From the NCBI GenBank assembly GCA_963845245.1, contig CAWJRJ010000020.1:64001-128000 (forward strand): DNA of 64,000 bases. The letters run 5' to 3'. The DNA is from Nitrospirota bacterium. Lineage in GTDB: Bacteria; Nitrospirota; JACRHJ01. Shown piece by piece: positions 22,385 to 32,903 of the stretch (position 1 is its first letter; every line of letters starts with the position of its first letter). Position numbers and translations under genes: made by a program. Below the pieces are notes generated by a model. It had not been told where the DNA came from. It saw nothing but the letters and a program-made list of their open reading frames with translations, and made no database searches.

Positions 22385-23370
22385 TTATGCAAAGTTTTTT
22401 ATCGCTTTCTTTAATTGCTCCAGCTTTACTGTCGCCGTCCCTATCTCGCCCACCACGATCCCAGCCGCATGGTTTGCAATCATGGCCGCCTTGTCCATTG
22501 GTGCGCCCTGCCGCCAGCGCAAGCATGAATACGGCTATAACCGTATCACCCGCGCCTGTAACGTCATAAACGTCTTTTGCGACCGTAGGTATGTGTATCG
22601 GCGTCTCTTCGCGCCTGAAAAGGCTCATGCCGTGCTCACCGCGGGTTATCAGGACTGAGTCGTTTTTAAGCCTGTCAAGGAGCTTTCGTCCCGCAGCGGC
22701 AAGGGATGTGTCATCGGCTATGTCTATACCCGCCGCCTGCGAAGCCTCAAGGTTGTTAGGTGTTACTACTGTTACCCCCTTGTAGTAATCAAAATGGTTT
22801 ACCTTCGGGTCCACGGCAACCGGTATGCCGGTTTCCTTCGCTGCCTTTACCAGTCCCGCCACGAGCGCTTTCGTGACTACGCCTTTGGAGTAGTCAGAGA
22901 CTATTATTCCGGAGATGGACCTGATATTTCTCTTTACATAGTCCAAGTATCATCTTTTCCGACTCGGACGATATGTCGCCCCTGCTTTCCCTGTCGAAGC
23001 GGACGACCTGCTGGCTGTGGGCAATGACCCTGGTCTTGATGGTAGTCGGCCTGGAGGTCTCGACTACAAGTCCTTCGGTATCCACGTTCTGGAGCCTCAG
23101 CTCGTGGACGATCTTTTTCCCCATCTCGTCGTTCCCGACCACGCCGCAGATTATCGCCTTTCCGCCAAGCGAGGTAATATTGTTCAGCACGTTTGCGGCG
23201 CCGCCGAGCATGATGGACTCATTTTGTATGTCCACCACCGGGACAGGCGCCTCAGGAGATATGCGGCTGACCTTGCCCCATATGAAATGGTCGAGCATTA
23301 TGTCGCCCACGACAAGTAGTGTGGAGTCTTTCAGCCTGTCCAGGTATTTAATCAAATCCTTTTTATCCAA
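22385..23370 (-). CDS. hldA: D-glycero-beta-D-manno-heptose-7-phosphate kinase (stand-alone RfaE domain I); frameshifts at ~22945 and ~22500
   Basis: RISPEAPVPV, GGAANV, SDYSKG, VYDVTGAGDTV, ANHAAGIVVGEIGT in three successive frames. Confidence 0.88.
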
Positions 23371-23456
23371 AATCTCCCTCCGAAAATTTACGCTACAATA
23401 AATGTAACTTTAAAAATATTCAGCCGGTTGTGTATCGGAAATAATGTTTTCCTGTT

Positions 23457-24974
23457 CTAATGTTCCTTCAAATCCAGAAGGTCTAAATAAAGATGATTTA
23501 TGCGGTCTTTGAACACCGTTTTACTGAAGTCTTTTTCCACCTTTATGCGTGCTCTTTTGGCCAAGGAACAGGCCTTGTCCGGATTGTCCAGCAGCAGTTC
23601 AAGGTACCGCGCAAGCTCGTCAGGATTTTCAGGGTTGAACAAATAACCGGTTTTCTCGTGTTCAACAACTTCCTGGAGTCCACCTACCCTGCTTGCAATG
23701 ACCGGTACTCCACATGCCATAGCCTCCACGGTGGAAAGCGAAAAGCTTTCGCCGCTCCATACGGACGGTTGGACATAGATGGCAAAGGCCGGAATGATTT
23801 CGGGGATGTCATGTCTTACCCCCAGGAATACCACCTCGCCGGAAATGCCCATCTCAATGGTCTTTTGCTTCAGATAAGCTTCAAGCGGTCCGCCGCCCGT
23901 CAGAAGGCAGACGAATTTTCTGCCATCCTTCTTTAATTTCGCGAGTGCCGAGAAGAGGACTTCATGTCCTTTTTCCCCAGACAGCCTCGCGTTCATACCT
24001 ATTACCGGAATACCAGACTGAATGCCAAGGCGCTCTTTTGCTGCCTCCCCGTCTTTCGGGAGAAAAACCCCCGTGTCCACGCAGTTTGGTATCTTCGCTA
24101 TTTTATTGGGGTCGGCCAGGTACCCGTAATAACCGTCCACCATCTCTTTTTTCATAAGTCCCGTCAGGGCTATGATGGCGTCCGTCATCTTTAATGAAAG
24201 CAACCCGAAGGGCACAAGCTTCCTCCAATCGCCCTTGCATCCACCATGGAAATGGACAATCTTTATAGTCACCCCGGCCATAGTTGCCGCAAAAAGTCCG
24301 TATATACTCTCTTTAAATCCATGCGCATGGAGAACCTTGATCTGTTTTTCTTCCATTAAATTTTTTAGAATTGCAACTGTATCTATATCATAATCTTGTT
24401 TGTTGATGACCGTGACCTCGAAACCCATGTTTCTGAATTCGTCCACGAATGGTCCGCCCTTTAAAAAGCAAACAGAAGGTTCGAACATTTGTTTATCAAC
24501 GCACTCCAGCAGGTTTAGTACCATTATTACAATCCCGCCGACTTTGCCGCTTCTTACAAGATGCAGGACCTTTAATTTGCCTTCCGTGACACTCACTGTC
24601 GGCCTTGTCTTAAGGATATAAAATTTAATGGCAAACGCCAACCAATATACTGAAATTAATATTTTCTTAAGGCTTTTGAAATATTTATAAAAAAGTTCCG
24701 CTATTAACTGTGGTAATCCTATGGATTTTTGTTCACATGCCGAATTAACCCCCAAAATTTTGCCGTATTTAAAGAACGCCTTGAACTTAAAAGCAATATC
24801 TCCTTCAAAATTTTCCTTCGGGAATAACATAAGTACGTTCTGGTAGATGTCATCAGGCAATGAACTTCCGTCCGAGAAACTCAACGCGTTTACACTGGCG
24901 AGAGAACGAATAAATTCCTTATGCGTTTCTGAACGGTATCGTTTTATTATTAGTACTCGATTATTCTTTGTCAT
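23457..24974 (-). CDS. GT4 glycosyltransferase with ~130-aa N-terminal extension
   Basis: VLHLV..GGI, HAH, ARL..EKG, ESFSLSTVEAMACG.PVI. Confidence 0.85.
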   Translation of the reverse strand: MTKNNRVLIIKRYRSETHKEFIRSLASVNALSFSDGSSLPDDIYQNVLMLFPKENFEGDIAFKFKAFFKYGKILGVNSACEQKSIGLPQLIAELFYKYFKSLKKILISVYWLAFAIKFYILKTRPTVSVTEGKLKVLHLVRSGKVGGIVIMVLNLLECVDKQMFEPSVCFLKGGPFVDEFRNMGFEVTVINKQDYDIDTVAILKNLMEEKQIKVLHAHGFKESIYGLFAATMAGVTIKIVHFHGGCKGDWRKLVPFGLLSLKMTDAIIALTGLMKKEMVDGYYGYLADPNKIAKIPNCVDTGVFLPKDGEAAKERLGIQSGIPVIGMNARLSGEKGHEVLFSALAKLKKDGRKFVCLLTGGGPLEAYLKQKTIEMGISGEVVFLGVRHDIPEIIPAFAIYVQPSVWSGESFSLSTVEAMACGVPVIASRVGGLQEVVEHEKTGYLFNPENPDELARYLELLLDNPDKACSLAKRARIKVEKDFSKTVFKDRINHLYLDLLDLKEH

Positions 24975-25016
24975 TTACAGATAATCTCCGAGACGCCGTT
25001 CTTGGCTGTCGTGATA

Positions 25017-25772
25017 TCAGGATTTAATTACCAATGCCGACATCTGTGTATACCTTCCTTGTCTGTCGGGCTTAAGAAAAGGGTTGCTGTTCATGTATAA
25101 GGACATAATGCTATAAAGATATTTGTAGGGTTTTATCCTTCCTATAAACCCGAGAAAACGGAAGGTTCTGTTGGAACGCCTTATTGTCTGCTCCGGGTGG
25201 CTTATGACAAGCTCTACTTTTCCAAAATGCCTGCAAAGCATCTCCTTGAACTCGTCAGGTGTGAATTCTTTTACGTGCTCCGGGTCTACTGGTATCTCGG
25301 TAAGCTTTACAGGCGTGGTTACGACGGCCGCGCCGCCATTTTTCAGAACCCTGTTAATTTCTTCAATGAGCCTTTCAGGCTCATTAAGGTGTTCCAGGAT
25401 ATCTGCGGCGACAACAGCATCAAAACTTTCATTGTGAATCGGCAAACGGCATGAATCCCCGCGAACAAAATCCGCGTTTGCGTTCCTCTCCTTGAAAATC
25501 TTCTTGGCCAACCCCAGCCCTGTCCCTGAATAATCAAGGCCGGTCACCTTCCATCCGTCTTTCGTCATCATGTAGCTTAGTGCCCCGTCCCCACACCCAA
25601 TGTCAAGCGCCTTCCGTCCGCCTGTCCCTGATTTTTTCAGGAGGTCCAGGACAAGGCTGTATCTGCCAGCCAGAAAAGGACTATGCTTCTTGACGGAACG
25701 ACTAAGCGCTTCCCAATGATACGCTCCGCGCGCGCCATATTTCTGGAATTCCTTTAGCGGCATATCAGGCAT
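25017..25772 (-). CDS. Class I SAM-dependent methyltransferase
   Basis: ALDIGCGDG, GLDYS, FDAVV..DILEH, RVLK.GG..VVTTP. Confidence 0.88.
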   Translation of the reverse strand: MPDMPLKEFQKYGARGAYHWEALSRSVKKHSPFLAGRYSLVLDLLKKSGTGGRKALDIGCGDGALSYMMTKDGWKVTGLDYSGTGLGLAKKIFKERNANADFVRGDSCRLPIHNESFDAVVAADILEHLNEPERLIEEINRVLKNGGAAVVTTPVKLTEIPVDPEHVKEFTPDEFKEMLCRHFGKVELVISHPEQTIRRSNRTFRFLGFIGRIKPYKYLYSIMSLYMNSNPFLKPDRQGRYTQMSALVIKS

Positions 25773-25801
25773 TTTGATAACACGCTTTCAATGTGTATGC
25801 C

Positions 25802-26926
25802 CTATAATTTTGCATAAATTTTATAAACCTCCATGGTCTTGTCAATAGTTTTATCCCATGTAAACGTCTCAGCAGTAACCCTTGCCTCCGTGCCCGTCTT
25901 TTTCCTGGCCTTTTCGCAGGCAAGGTATCCAAGGGTTGATGCCAGACCCATGTAGTCGTCCGGTTTCCTCATGACAAACCCGTTCTCGCCATCCCGTATA
26001 ATTTCAGAGACCCCGTTCTCGTACGTGGTTATGACAGGCAGCCCGCATGACATCGCTTCGAGAGTGGCATTCGAGAATGGGTCGAACTTCGTCGGGAGGA
26101 CGAAGATATCTGCTGCACCGTAAAAATCCTCAGGCCTCGAAGTCTGCCCAGCAAAGACAACCATATCGGATACGCCAAACCTGGCGGCAAGTTTCAACCA
26201 CGGTTCCTGGCGGTCGCGGCCGACCACCAAAAGTTTCATGTCCCGTATTGCGCCGTCCATATCTTTTATCAGCGGCAATGCACGTATAGCCGCCTCAAGC
26301 CCCTTACGTTCGAAACCGGATCCGAGGAAAAGGGCCACGGGCTCGTCAAAAAAACCGTACTTCTTTCTTGTGTCCGCCCTGTTTTCGATGACGGCACTTG
26401 GATTGAACTTCTCAGTGTCCACGCCGTTATAAGCTACATAAACCCTTTCAGGAGGGATAGGGTAATGTTTTAGTATGCCTTTTTTTGACAGGGCCGAATT
26501 CGTAATGACTGCCCTGCACCCGCCGTCACGATACTGTTTCTTCTCCATGTTCAATACTACCAGGTCGCGCGGGTTGAGCGAGAACCTCCTACCGGCCATC
26601 TTCTCGATATATTCCGCATGGCAGCCGCCGCCGACAGTGACTATCCAGTCGTTGAACGGCCGTATCTGATTATGGATTATACCTATGTCAGTTCTTTTCC
26701 TAAGAGCGGCATTCACGTTTTTAGTGAAAGTAAGTATCCTCAGGAAAGAAGGCACAGAAATCGCAGGGATAATATTGACTTCTGCATCGAGGTCCATGTC
26801 CTCGACTTCGTTCGCGAAAATCGAAACCTCATGGCCCTGCCTCAGGAGTCCTTTTGCGAGCTGATACGTCCTTCTCTCGCTTCCGCCCTTGCGGTTGAAT
26901 AGTATGGAGACTAAGGCTATCTTCAT
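25802..26926 (-). CDS. GT4 glycosyltransferase, WaaG/RfaG-like
   Basis: GGSER, GSGFERKG, PTKFDPFSNATLEAM. Confidence 0.85.
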   Translation of the reverse strand: MKIALVSILFNRKGGSERRTYQLAKGLLRQGHEVSIFANEVEDMDLDAEVNIIPAISVPSFLRILTFTKNVNAALRKRTDIGIIHNQIRPFNDWIVTVGGGCHAEYIEKMAGRRFSLNPRDLVVLNMEKKQYRDGGCRAVITNSALSKKGILKHYPIPPERVYVAYNGVDTEKFNPSAVIENRADTRKKYGFFDEPVALFLGSGFERKGLEAAIRALPLIKDMDGAIRDMKLLVVGRDRQEPWLKLAARFGVSDMVVFAGQTSRPEDFYGAADIFVLPTKFDPFSNATLEAMSCGLPVITTYENGVSEIIRDGENGFVMRKPDDYMGLASTLGYLACEKARKKTGTEARVTAETFTWDKTIDKTMEVYKIYAKL

Positions 26927-28017
26927 GCCGCAAGTCTGTGATAAAGCGCTTCAAGGTTGTCAAGCATTGCATTTAAGGAATGTTCCTTGACCGCCATATC
27001 ATATCCAGCCTTGCCCATACGTCCCACCCTGCCGGGCTCCGCAAGCAAATTCTTTACTGCATCCGCAATTGCAGCCGGGTCCATTGGAGGGACGAGAAAC
27101 CCGTTTACTCCGTCCCGTACAACCTCCGGTATGCCGCCGACTGTTGTGCCTATTACAGGTTTGCTTGCGGCCATTGACTGAAGTACGAACTGTGGAATAC
27201 CTTCAGAGGCGTAAGAGACGAGTAGGGATATGTCGAAGGAATTGATCACGTCTGCAACGTCTTCCCTGTGGCCTAACAAAAACACGTTTTTTGAGATTCC
27301 CAGTTCATCTATCCAGTTTATCATCCTTCTCTTCCTGCGCCCCTCACCCGCAAAAACCATCTTTATCTGAGGGTAATCTTTTAGGAGAATCGGTATGGCC
27401 TTTATTAAAAATTCATGCCCTTTCCAGCTCCTCAGGGCTGCTGCGGTACCAAGGACTATGTCACCCTGTCCTATCCCTAACTCGGTTCGCACCTTCTTGC
27501 CGTCGCCCGAGGAGAACCTTTCGATATCTATACCGGTCGGTATCGATGTGACCTTTTCCCCTGCCAATCCAAGCTCGTTGATAAGCTGCCCCCGGATGAA
27601 CTCGCCCGTTGTAATAATCGCATCGCACAGTGGACCGTAAACAAGTTTTGTCAGGACATCCTTCTTTAAGTCAGATGATATGTGTCTGGTCCTGACTACT
27701 TTGGCTCCGGTAAGCCGACCGGCAATGGATCCGATCCAGCTGTCCCTCGAGCTATGCGTGTTAATAATAGACACCTGCCTTTTTTTCACAATTTTGGCAG
27801 TCTCGTAAATACCGAGGACAATGTCGGCCTTATCCATCGGCACGTCGTAAGTCTCGATGCCGGACTCCTTGGCGCGTCTGGATATTGTGGTGTGAGATGG
27901 CGTCGCAAGGATCACTTCGTATCCGCGTTTTTTTACGCCCATGATCTCATTGAATATCCGTATCTCCTGCCCACCCCAACCGTCAGAGACTTCTGTATGA
28001 AGGATTACAGGTTTCAT
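26923..28017 (-). CDS. GT4 glycosyltransferase (LPS core)
   Basis: HTE.S.GWGGQEIR, NTHSSRD, RTRH, WKGH, EGIPQ. Confidence 0.87.
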   Translation of the reverse strand: MKPVILHTEVSDGWGGQEIRIFNEIMGVKKRGYEVILATPSHTTISRRAKESGIETYDVPMDKADIVLGIYETAKIVKKRQVSIINTHSSRDSWIGSIAGRLTGAKVVRTRHISSDLKKDVLTKLVYGPLCDAIITTGEFIRGQLINELGLAGEKVTSIPTGIDIERFSSGDGKKVRTELGIGQGDIVLGTAAALRSWKGHEFLIKAIPILLKDYPQIKMVFAGEGRRKRRMINWIDELGISKNVFLLGHREDVADVINSFDISLLVSYASEGIPQFVLQSMAASKPVIGTTVGGIPEVVRDGVNGFLVPPMDPAAIADAVKNLLAEPGRVGRMGKAGYDMAVKEHSLNAMLDNLEALYHRLAA

Positions 28018-28895
28018 CCAGCAGTCCAGTGAGAGAGGTCCCTGCCGATCAGTGCAGAGAGTTTCTTGATGTCGGGCTGATACTTCTCAAGCAACTCTTT
28101 TTTCAGTTCCTTGTCGATCGGGGGAGCAGGTTTCGAATTAAGCTTCACCATGAACCCCCTGGCCTTCTCGATCATTCTTTTCGGAAGCGCCGCAGCTATC
28201 CGCGCCTGGAACGGAGTCGGGTTGTGTATGATTTTGTGCAGACCACGGTGTCTTACATTTCCTATGTTCTCTTTTTTAAGGACAGGGACAAAGTCCGGGT
28301 TGACTTCCAGAAACTCAAATATAGTCCTGAAAGTTTTGGCAGGTTCTGTCTTGAAATCCTCGAAGATCAATACAAGTACGTTTTCCTTGCCGAATTTGTC
28401 GATGTATCTCTTAACCTGCTCATAATAAAGTGCTCGGTTAAAATAATAAAAATTGCAAGGCCACGTTTCTTTCTGGTTAAGAAAGGCAGGGTCCTTCATC
28501 CTTTTGGGCTCGGCTGCGAGGGCGTCCAGGAAAGGAAGTTTCTCGCCGCGTTTGCCAAAACGTCCCATAAACCTCCATAGGGAAAAAGCGACTTCGGCCG
28601 GATTTCTCAAAGAGATGATGATTTTGATATTACCTAGCGATTTTTTTATGAGATCTGGAGACTCTTCTGCATAAAGGTACGCTGTAGTGGCCTCGCCGAC
28701 AGCTTTTTTGTCTTCTCCGCCTTCAAACAGCTTCCCATATGCCTTTAAGGTTTTAGCCTCTCCTCCCTTCCAATTAAGGAAGAATTTCGGCTCCTTGACC
28801 GGCATGAAAATCTGAGGGTGCTGCCTGAGGTTATGAAAAAGCGAAGTAGTGCCGCTTTTGGTAGCGCCTACTATCAAAAAATTTGGCAAGGTCAC
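28014..28895 (-). CDS. PAPS-dependent sulfotransferase
   Basis: PNFLIVGATKSGTTSL (5'-PSB), KEP.FF, GEATT.Y, LRNP (3'-PB); GTG start with GGAGG RBS. Confidence 0.88.
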   Translation of the reverse strand: MTLPNFLIVGATKSGTTSLFHNLRQHPQIFMPVKEPKFFLNWKGGEAKTLKAYGKLFEGGEDKKAVGEATTAYLYAEESPDLIKKSLGNIKIIISLRNPAEVAFSLWRFMGRFGKRGEKLPFLDALAAEPKRMKDPAFLNQKETWPCNFYYFNRALYYEQVKRYIDKFGKENVLVLIFEDFKTEPAKTFRTIFEFLEVNPDFVPVLKKENIGNVRHRGLHKIIHNPTPFQARIAAALPKRMIEKARGFMVKLNSKPAPPIDKELKKELLEKYQPDIKKLSALIGRDLSHWTAG

Positions 28896-28947
28896 GAAGC
28901 AGCCTCCGGAATTCTTTCGTTCTTGGTTATGCGGATGCCAGTGCAGG

Positions 28948-29835
28948 TCACTTTGTGTACCATATCGATAATTTCCTTCCAAGCAGCTTCTCCAGCTTCT
29001 CAACATCGGACCGGTAGCTTGTCAGGAGTTCGTCCTTTATAGACGGCTCGAATGTGGGAGCTTTTTTTGCATTAATCCGTAAAAGCGTTTCTTTAATGCG
29101 GCTCCTTACACGTCCAGGCAAGAATCCGGCAAGAGCCTTTATTCTCTCGGGCGGTTTGCTGATAAGCTTTTGCAGGCCACGGTGTCTGACCTCTCGGCCA
29201 ACGTTGAAGCGGTCTATCGATGGCACGAAACTCTCATCAACGCCAAGGTACCTGAATACCTCTCGGCATTTCTCTATTGAATTCCCCGCAAATTCCTCGA
29301 ATATTATAACATGCACATTGTTCTTCCCGAATGTGTCGTAGTACCTTTTTACCTGCTGATGATAAAGCGCCCGGCTGTAATAATAAAAGTTCCCGTGCCA
29401 GCTGTCCTGGTTTTTCGCCTTGAATCCAGGATCGTTAATGCGGGCATTCTCTGCTTTCAATGCTGACTTGAAAGTCTGATGCTCTCCCCTTTTACCCAGG
29501 CGTCTCATATGGCGCCAGAGCGTGAAAGCCATATCGGCCGGGTTCCTCAGCAGTATGATTATCTTCGCATCCGGTACGAGTTCCTTTATCCTCGCAGGCG
29601 TAGTGGGGTCGTACAGGTAACCCGTGGACGCTTCCCCCACGGCCCTCTCCCCATTCCATCCTGCAAAGAGCGCCTCATACTCTTCAAGGTTTTTTACGTA
29701 TTTGTCCCAGTCTACAAAATAATGTGGCTCCTTCACCTTTGACATGAATATGTCCGGGTGCTGGTCCAGGTAATGGTATAAGGATGTCGTGCCGCTCTTT
29801 GCAGCGCCCACAATAAAAAAATTGGGTAGTGTCAT
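28948..29835 (-). CDS. PAPS-dependent sulfotransferase (paralog of the neighbour)
   Basis: PNFFIVGAAKSGTTSL, KEPHYF, GEAST.Y, LRNPAD. Confidence 0.88.
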   Translation of the reverse strand: MTLPNFFIVGAAKSGTTSLYHYLDQHPDIFMSKVKEPHYFVDWDKYVKNLEEYEALFAGWNGERAVGEASTGYLYDPTTPARIKELVPDAKIIILLRNPADMAFTLWRHMRRLGKRGEHQTFKSALKAENARINDPGFKAKNQDSWHGNFYYYSRALYHQQVKRYYDTFGKNNVHVIIFEEFAGNSIEKCREVFRYLGVDESFVPSIDRFNVGREVRHRGLQKLISKPPERIKALAGFLPGRVRSRIKETLLRINAKKAPTFEPSIKDELLTSYRSDVEKLEKLLGRKLSIWYTK

Positions 29836-29842
29836 CAAACCC

Positions 29843-30790
29843 TCAGCGCCATACCATGTCGCATTCCTTGCAAAGCTCCAGCTCCATGTGACGCTCTTCT
29901 GCCATTATCTTCCTGAAGTTCTTCATCGGCTCGCTCTGCCAGACCTCCATGACAGTCTGTTTGTTAAGGTCTCCCAAGACGAGTTTGCTCTCTAAGTCTA
30001 TGCAGCATCCGACGACTTCGCCGTTCCATGCCACACATAAAGATTTCCAGGGATGGCGGCAGGGTTTGTACTCCCTCTGTTCAATAGCATACTTGACGTC
30101 CGAATTGTCCTGCAGAGTCCCGGCGAAGTTATGGAAACAGATCGGGTGGAACTTGTCCACCGGAAGCCCCTTGAAGAGTCCCCTGAAACTATCGGTAACC
30201 TCGGGCGGCTTACCGTCCGGCCTTCTTTCTTTTATTACCTGTATTAAAGTGCGCGGCCGTTTTGCGCCTCTAGCCTTCTTAAGTTCAAGGAACCCCTTGA
30301 TGTTCTCCAGGGTGCGTTCGTATTTCGCGTTGACGCGCACCCTTTCATAGTAGTCCTTATCCTCTCCGTCGAAGCTGAATGATATCTCTTCCAGGGAACG
30401 GCAGTCGAGCAGCTTGGAAGCTATATCCTTTGTAAGTAGCGTGGCGTTGGTGTGGAGCCTTACCGGGATCCCGGCATCACCGGCCATCCTCATCATCTCT
30501 ATTATGTTTTTGTTGACGAGTGACTCGCCGCCCATAAACAGGTTGATCCTCTGTACCTTCAGCCGTTTCAGTTCGGCGAGGATCTTCTTGTACAGCGTGA
30601 GGTCCATAAACCCCTTTTTTAATATATGTCCCGTGCTCTGCGGACACATCACGCAACGGAGGTTGCAATGGTTTGTCGGTTCAATCCATGCTTCGCGCGG
30701 GGAGTAGTTCAGGTCTACACGCCTTGCCCTGTAGGCAGTGCTGTACTTGTGCCACAGGTATTTCATCGTATATTTTCTTATTAAATTCAT
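29843..30790 (-). CDS. Radical SAM / SPASM domain protein
   Basis: EPTNHCNLRCVMC, GGE, TNATLL; C-terminal CRHPW..NGEV..CC.D..GDL...CKEC. Confidence 0.88.
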   Translation of the reverse strand: MNLIRKYTMKYLWHKYSTAYRARRVDLNYSPREAWIEPTNHCNLRCVMCPQSTGHILKKGFMDLTLYKKILAELKRLKVQRINLFMGGESLVNKNIIEMMRMAGDAGIPVRLHTNATLLTKDIASKLLDCRSLEEISFSFDGEDKDYYERVRVNAKYERTLENIKGFLELKKARGAKRPRTLIQVIKERRPDGKPPEVTDSFRGLFKGLPVDKFHPICFHNFAGTLQDNSDVKYAIEQREYKPCRHPWKSLCVAWNGEVVGCCIDLESKLVLGDLNKQTVMEVWQSEPMKNFRKIMAEERHMELELCKECDMVWR

Positions 30791-31821
30791 AGTGATTCCA
30801 AAAGATTTATATATTTTGGGGCGATCGCACCCAGGCTGTATTCTCTCTCCACTTTATCCCTTGCGGCCATGCCTATGGTGTTTCTATGCTCCGGATGCAT
30901 TATGAGGGCCCGCAGTGCCTGAAGCCAGCCTGCGTCGTCACGCGCGAGAAACCCGTCTACGCCGTCGTCTATAATCTCATTGTTTGCTCCTACCGCAGAA
31001 CATACCGCAGGTATCCCGCAGGCCATATATTGTAACGCCTTGAGCGCGCATTTGCCTTTGGTCCAGATATCATCCGTCAGCGGCATCAGCCCTATGTCGA
31101 TTTTTAGCAAATCTTCGATCTCTGTTGCCTCCGACCACCTTAAATTCTCTACCTCTATGCCGTCCATGGCATAATCCTTGTCGGAAATCACCAGCAGTTT
31201 CATTCCGCCGGCCTCCTTGGCGATCACAGGCAATACCCCGGCCAATGAGTCAAGATATACGTGGTTTACAGAGCTTCCTATCCAACCCAGAACGACCTGC
31301 TTTGAAACACCTGCTGTCTTTGTCCTGTATCTCGTCAGGTCGATTACGGTCGGCAAAACCTCTACCCTCTTAGCTCCTTCCAGTATCATCCTGTTTTCAA
31401 GGAACTCGTTTCCAGTTATGACGGCCGTTGAGATACTGGCAGTTTTTCTCAGGCGGCGCAAAACCTTCAGCCTTGTAATAAACGACCAGTCCCCCTTGGG
31501 AGAGGTGAATATCGAGTCGTCAAGGTCGAAGATTATTTTTTTGCCAAGCGAGTAAAGCCTGCTCAAAAACCTTACGCTGAACAGCTTCTTTTGTATAAAA
31601 ATAAAATCCGCCCGGCTTGCGGCCTCGATGCATTCCTTCTCTTCCTTGCCAGTATACAGATATCCGGCAACACCGCTTTTTACTCTTAGGTTAGGTATTA
31701 CCTGCGCCTTATATCCATTCTCCTGTAAAAACGGCAACAGCTGATAGACCCTGTACCTGCTGCTCGCCCCGTCTCTCCCGGAAACAGTCAAAAAAAGTAT
31801 CTTTTTGCGAACAGGGCTCAA
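30787..31821 (-). CDS. GT4 glycosyltransferase
   Basis: SSRYR, DLDDS, GWIGS, DIGLMPL..GKC..K..QYMA. Confidence 0.85.
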   Translation of the reverse strand: MSPVRKKILFLTVSGRDGASSRYRVYQLLPFLQENGYKAQVIPNLRVKSGVAGYLYTGKEEKECIEAASRADFIFIQKKLFSVRFLSRLYSLGKKIIFDLDDSIFTSPKGDWSFITRLKVLRRLRKTASISTAVITGNEFLENRMILEGAKRVEVLPTVIDLTRYRTKTAGVSKQVVLGWIGSSVNHVYLDSLAGVLPVIAKEAGGMKLLVISDKDYAMDGIEVENLRWSEATEIEDLLKIDIGLMPLTDDIWTKGKCALKALQYMACGIPAVCSAVGANNEIIDDGVDGFLARDDAGWLQALRALIMHPEHRNTIGMAARDKVEREYSLGAIAPKYINLLESL

Positions 31822-32903
31822 AGCGAACGGTAGATCTGTTCCATGCTATTCAGCATCCCCTCCAAAGTATATTTTTCAGAAACAAGCCTGTGCCCCTCGC
31901 TGGCCAGCTTTCCAGCCTTGTCCCTGTTTTTGTATAACTCAAGTATCGCACCTGCAAGTTCTTCATGGTCACCCGGTTTTATCGATAAAGATGTTTTGCC
32001 GGGTATAGCCACTTCGTTTATACCGCCAATGTCCGATGCGATCACCGGGACCACCATGGCATGCGCTTGCAATATTACCTGCGGCACGCCCTCCGGCGCC
32101 TTGGCGGGCAGGCACAGCACGTCGAGGTCGCCCATTATGTCCGGTATATCTCGCCTGTATCCTGGCAGTATAATTTTCTCTTTGCCTTTAAGTCCGTCTA
32201 CCATGTCTTTAATCTTTCCGGACATCCAGCCGTCTCCGGCGAGTGTAAAAAATATGTCGTCACTTTTTTTAAGCACAATCCCGGCCGCCTTGATGAATAC
32301 GTCCGGGCCTTTGTCTCCCCTCAGTACTGATACCATGCCAACGAGGAAAGCGCTGGAAGGTATCCCGAATTCAGATCGGTATTTCCCCTTTTCGCGTCTG
32401 TGGTCAAACACCGAAACATCTATGCCGGTCGGGACTGATATTATTTTCTCAGCGGGGACGCCTTTCTCGACCATCCCCGCTTTTATGGACTCGCTGGTCG
32501 TCACTATCCTGTCGCAAAGCGCGCCATATACCATCCGTCCCATAAAATGGCTTCTGACCGGATTTGCTACGTGTCTTGAGCGGATGACCTTCCTGCCGGA
32601 CAGCCTCGCCGCAATACCGACGCTCCAGCCGTCCTTCGAACCATGCGCGTTTACTATGTCGATTCTTTCTCTCAGTATGATGCGCAGTAGTTTTGCCACC
32701 GCCAAAGGGTCGAAGCTGCCGCGCATTTCCACCGCGTATGCCTTCAGCCCCCTGTGCCTGGCTTCGTCCAGTATCCTGCTGCCCGGTCTTGCCGCAAGGG
32801 CAGAAACAAAGCCTCTTGAGACCATCCGCTCCATTTCTAGGAGTATCCTCAGTTCCTGCCCACCAAGGTTCATGGAGGACTCGGTGTGGAGGACATTAGG
32901 CAT
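31818..32903 (-). CDS. GT4 glycosyltransferase (paralog of 26923-28017)
   Basis: HTESS..GGQELR, RSRH, EGVPQ. Confidence 0.87.
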   Translation of the reverse strand: MPNVLHTESSMNLGGQELRILLEMERMVSRGFVSALAARPGSRILDEARHRGLKAYAVEMRGSFDPLAVAKLLRIILRERIDIVNAHGSKDGWSVGIAARLSGRKVIRSRHVANPVRSHFMGRMVYGALCDRIVTTSESIKAGMVEKGVPAEKIISVPTGIDVSVFDHRREKGKYRSEFGIPSSAFLVGMVSVLRGDKGPDVFIKAAGIVLKKSDDIFFTLAGDGWMSGKIKDMVDGLKGKEKIILPGYRRDIPDIMGDLDVLCLPAKAPEGVPQVILQAHAMVVPVIASDIGGINEVAIPGKTSLSIKPGDHEELAGAILELYKNRDKAGKLASEGHRLVSEKYTLEGMLNSMEQIYRSL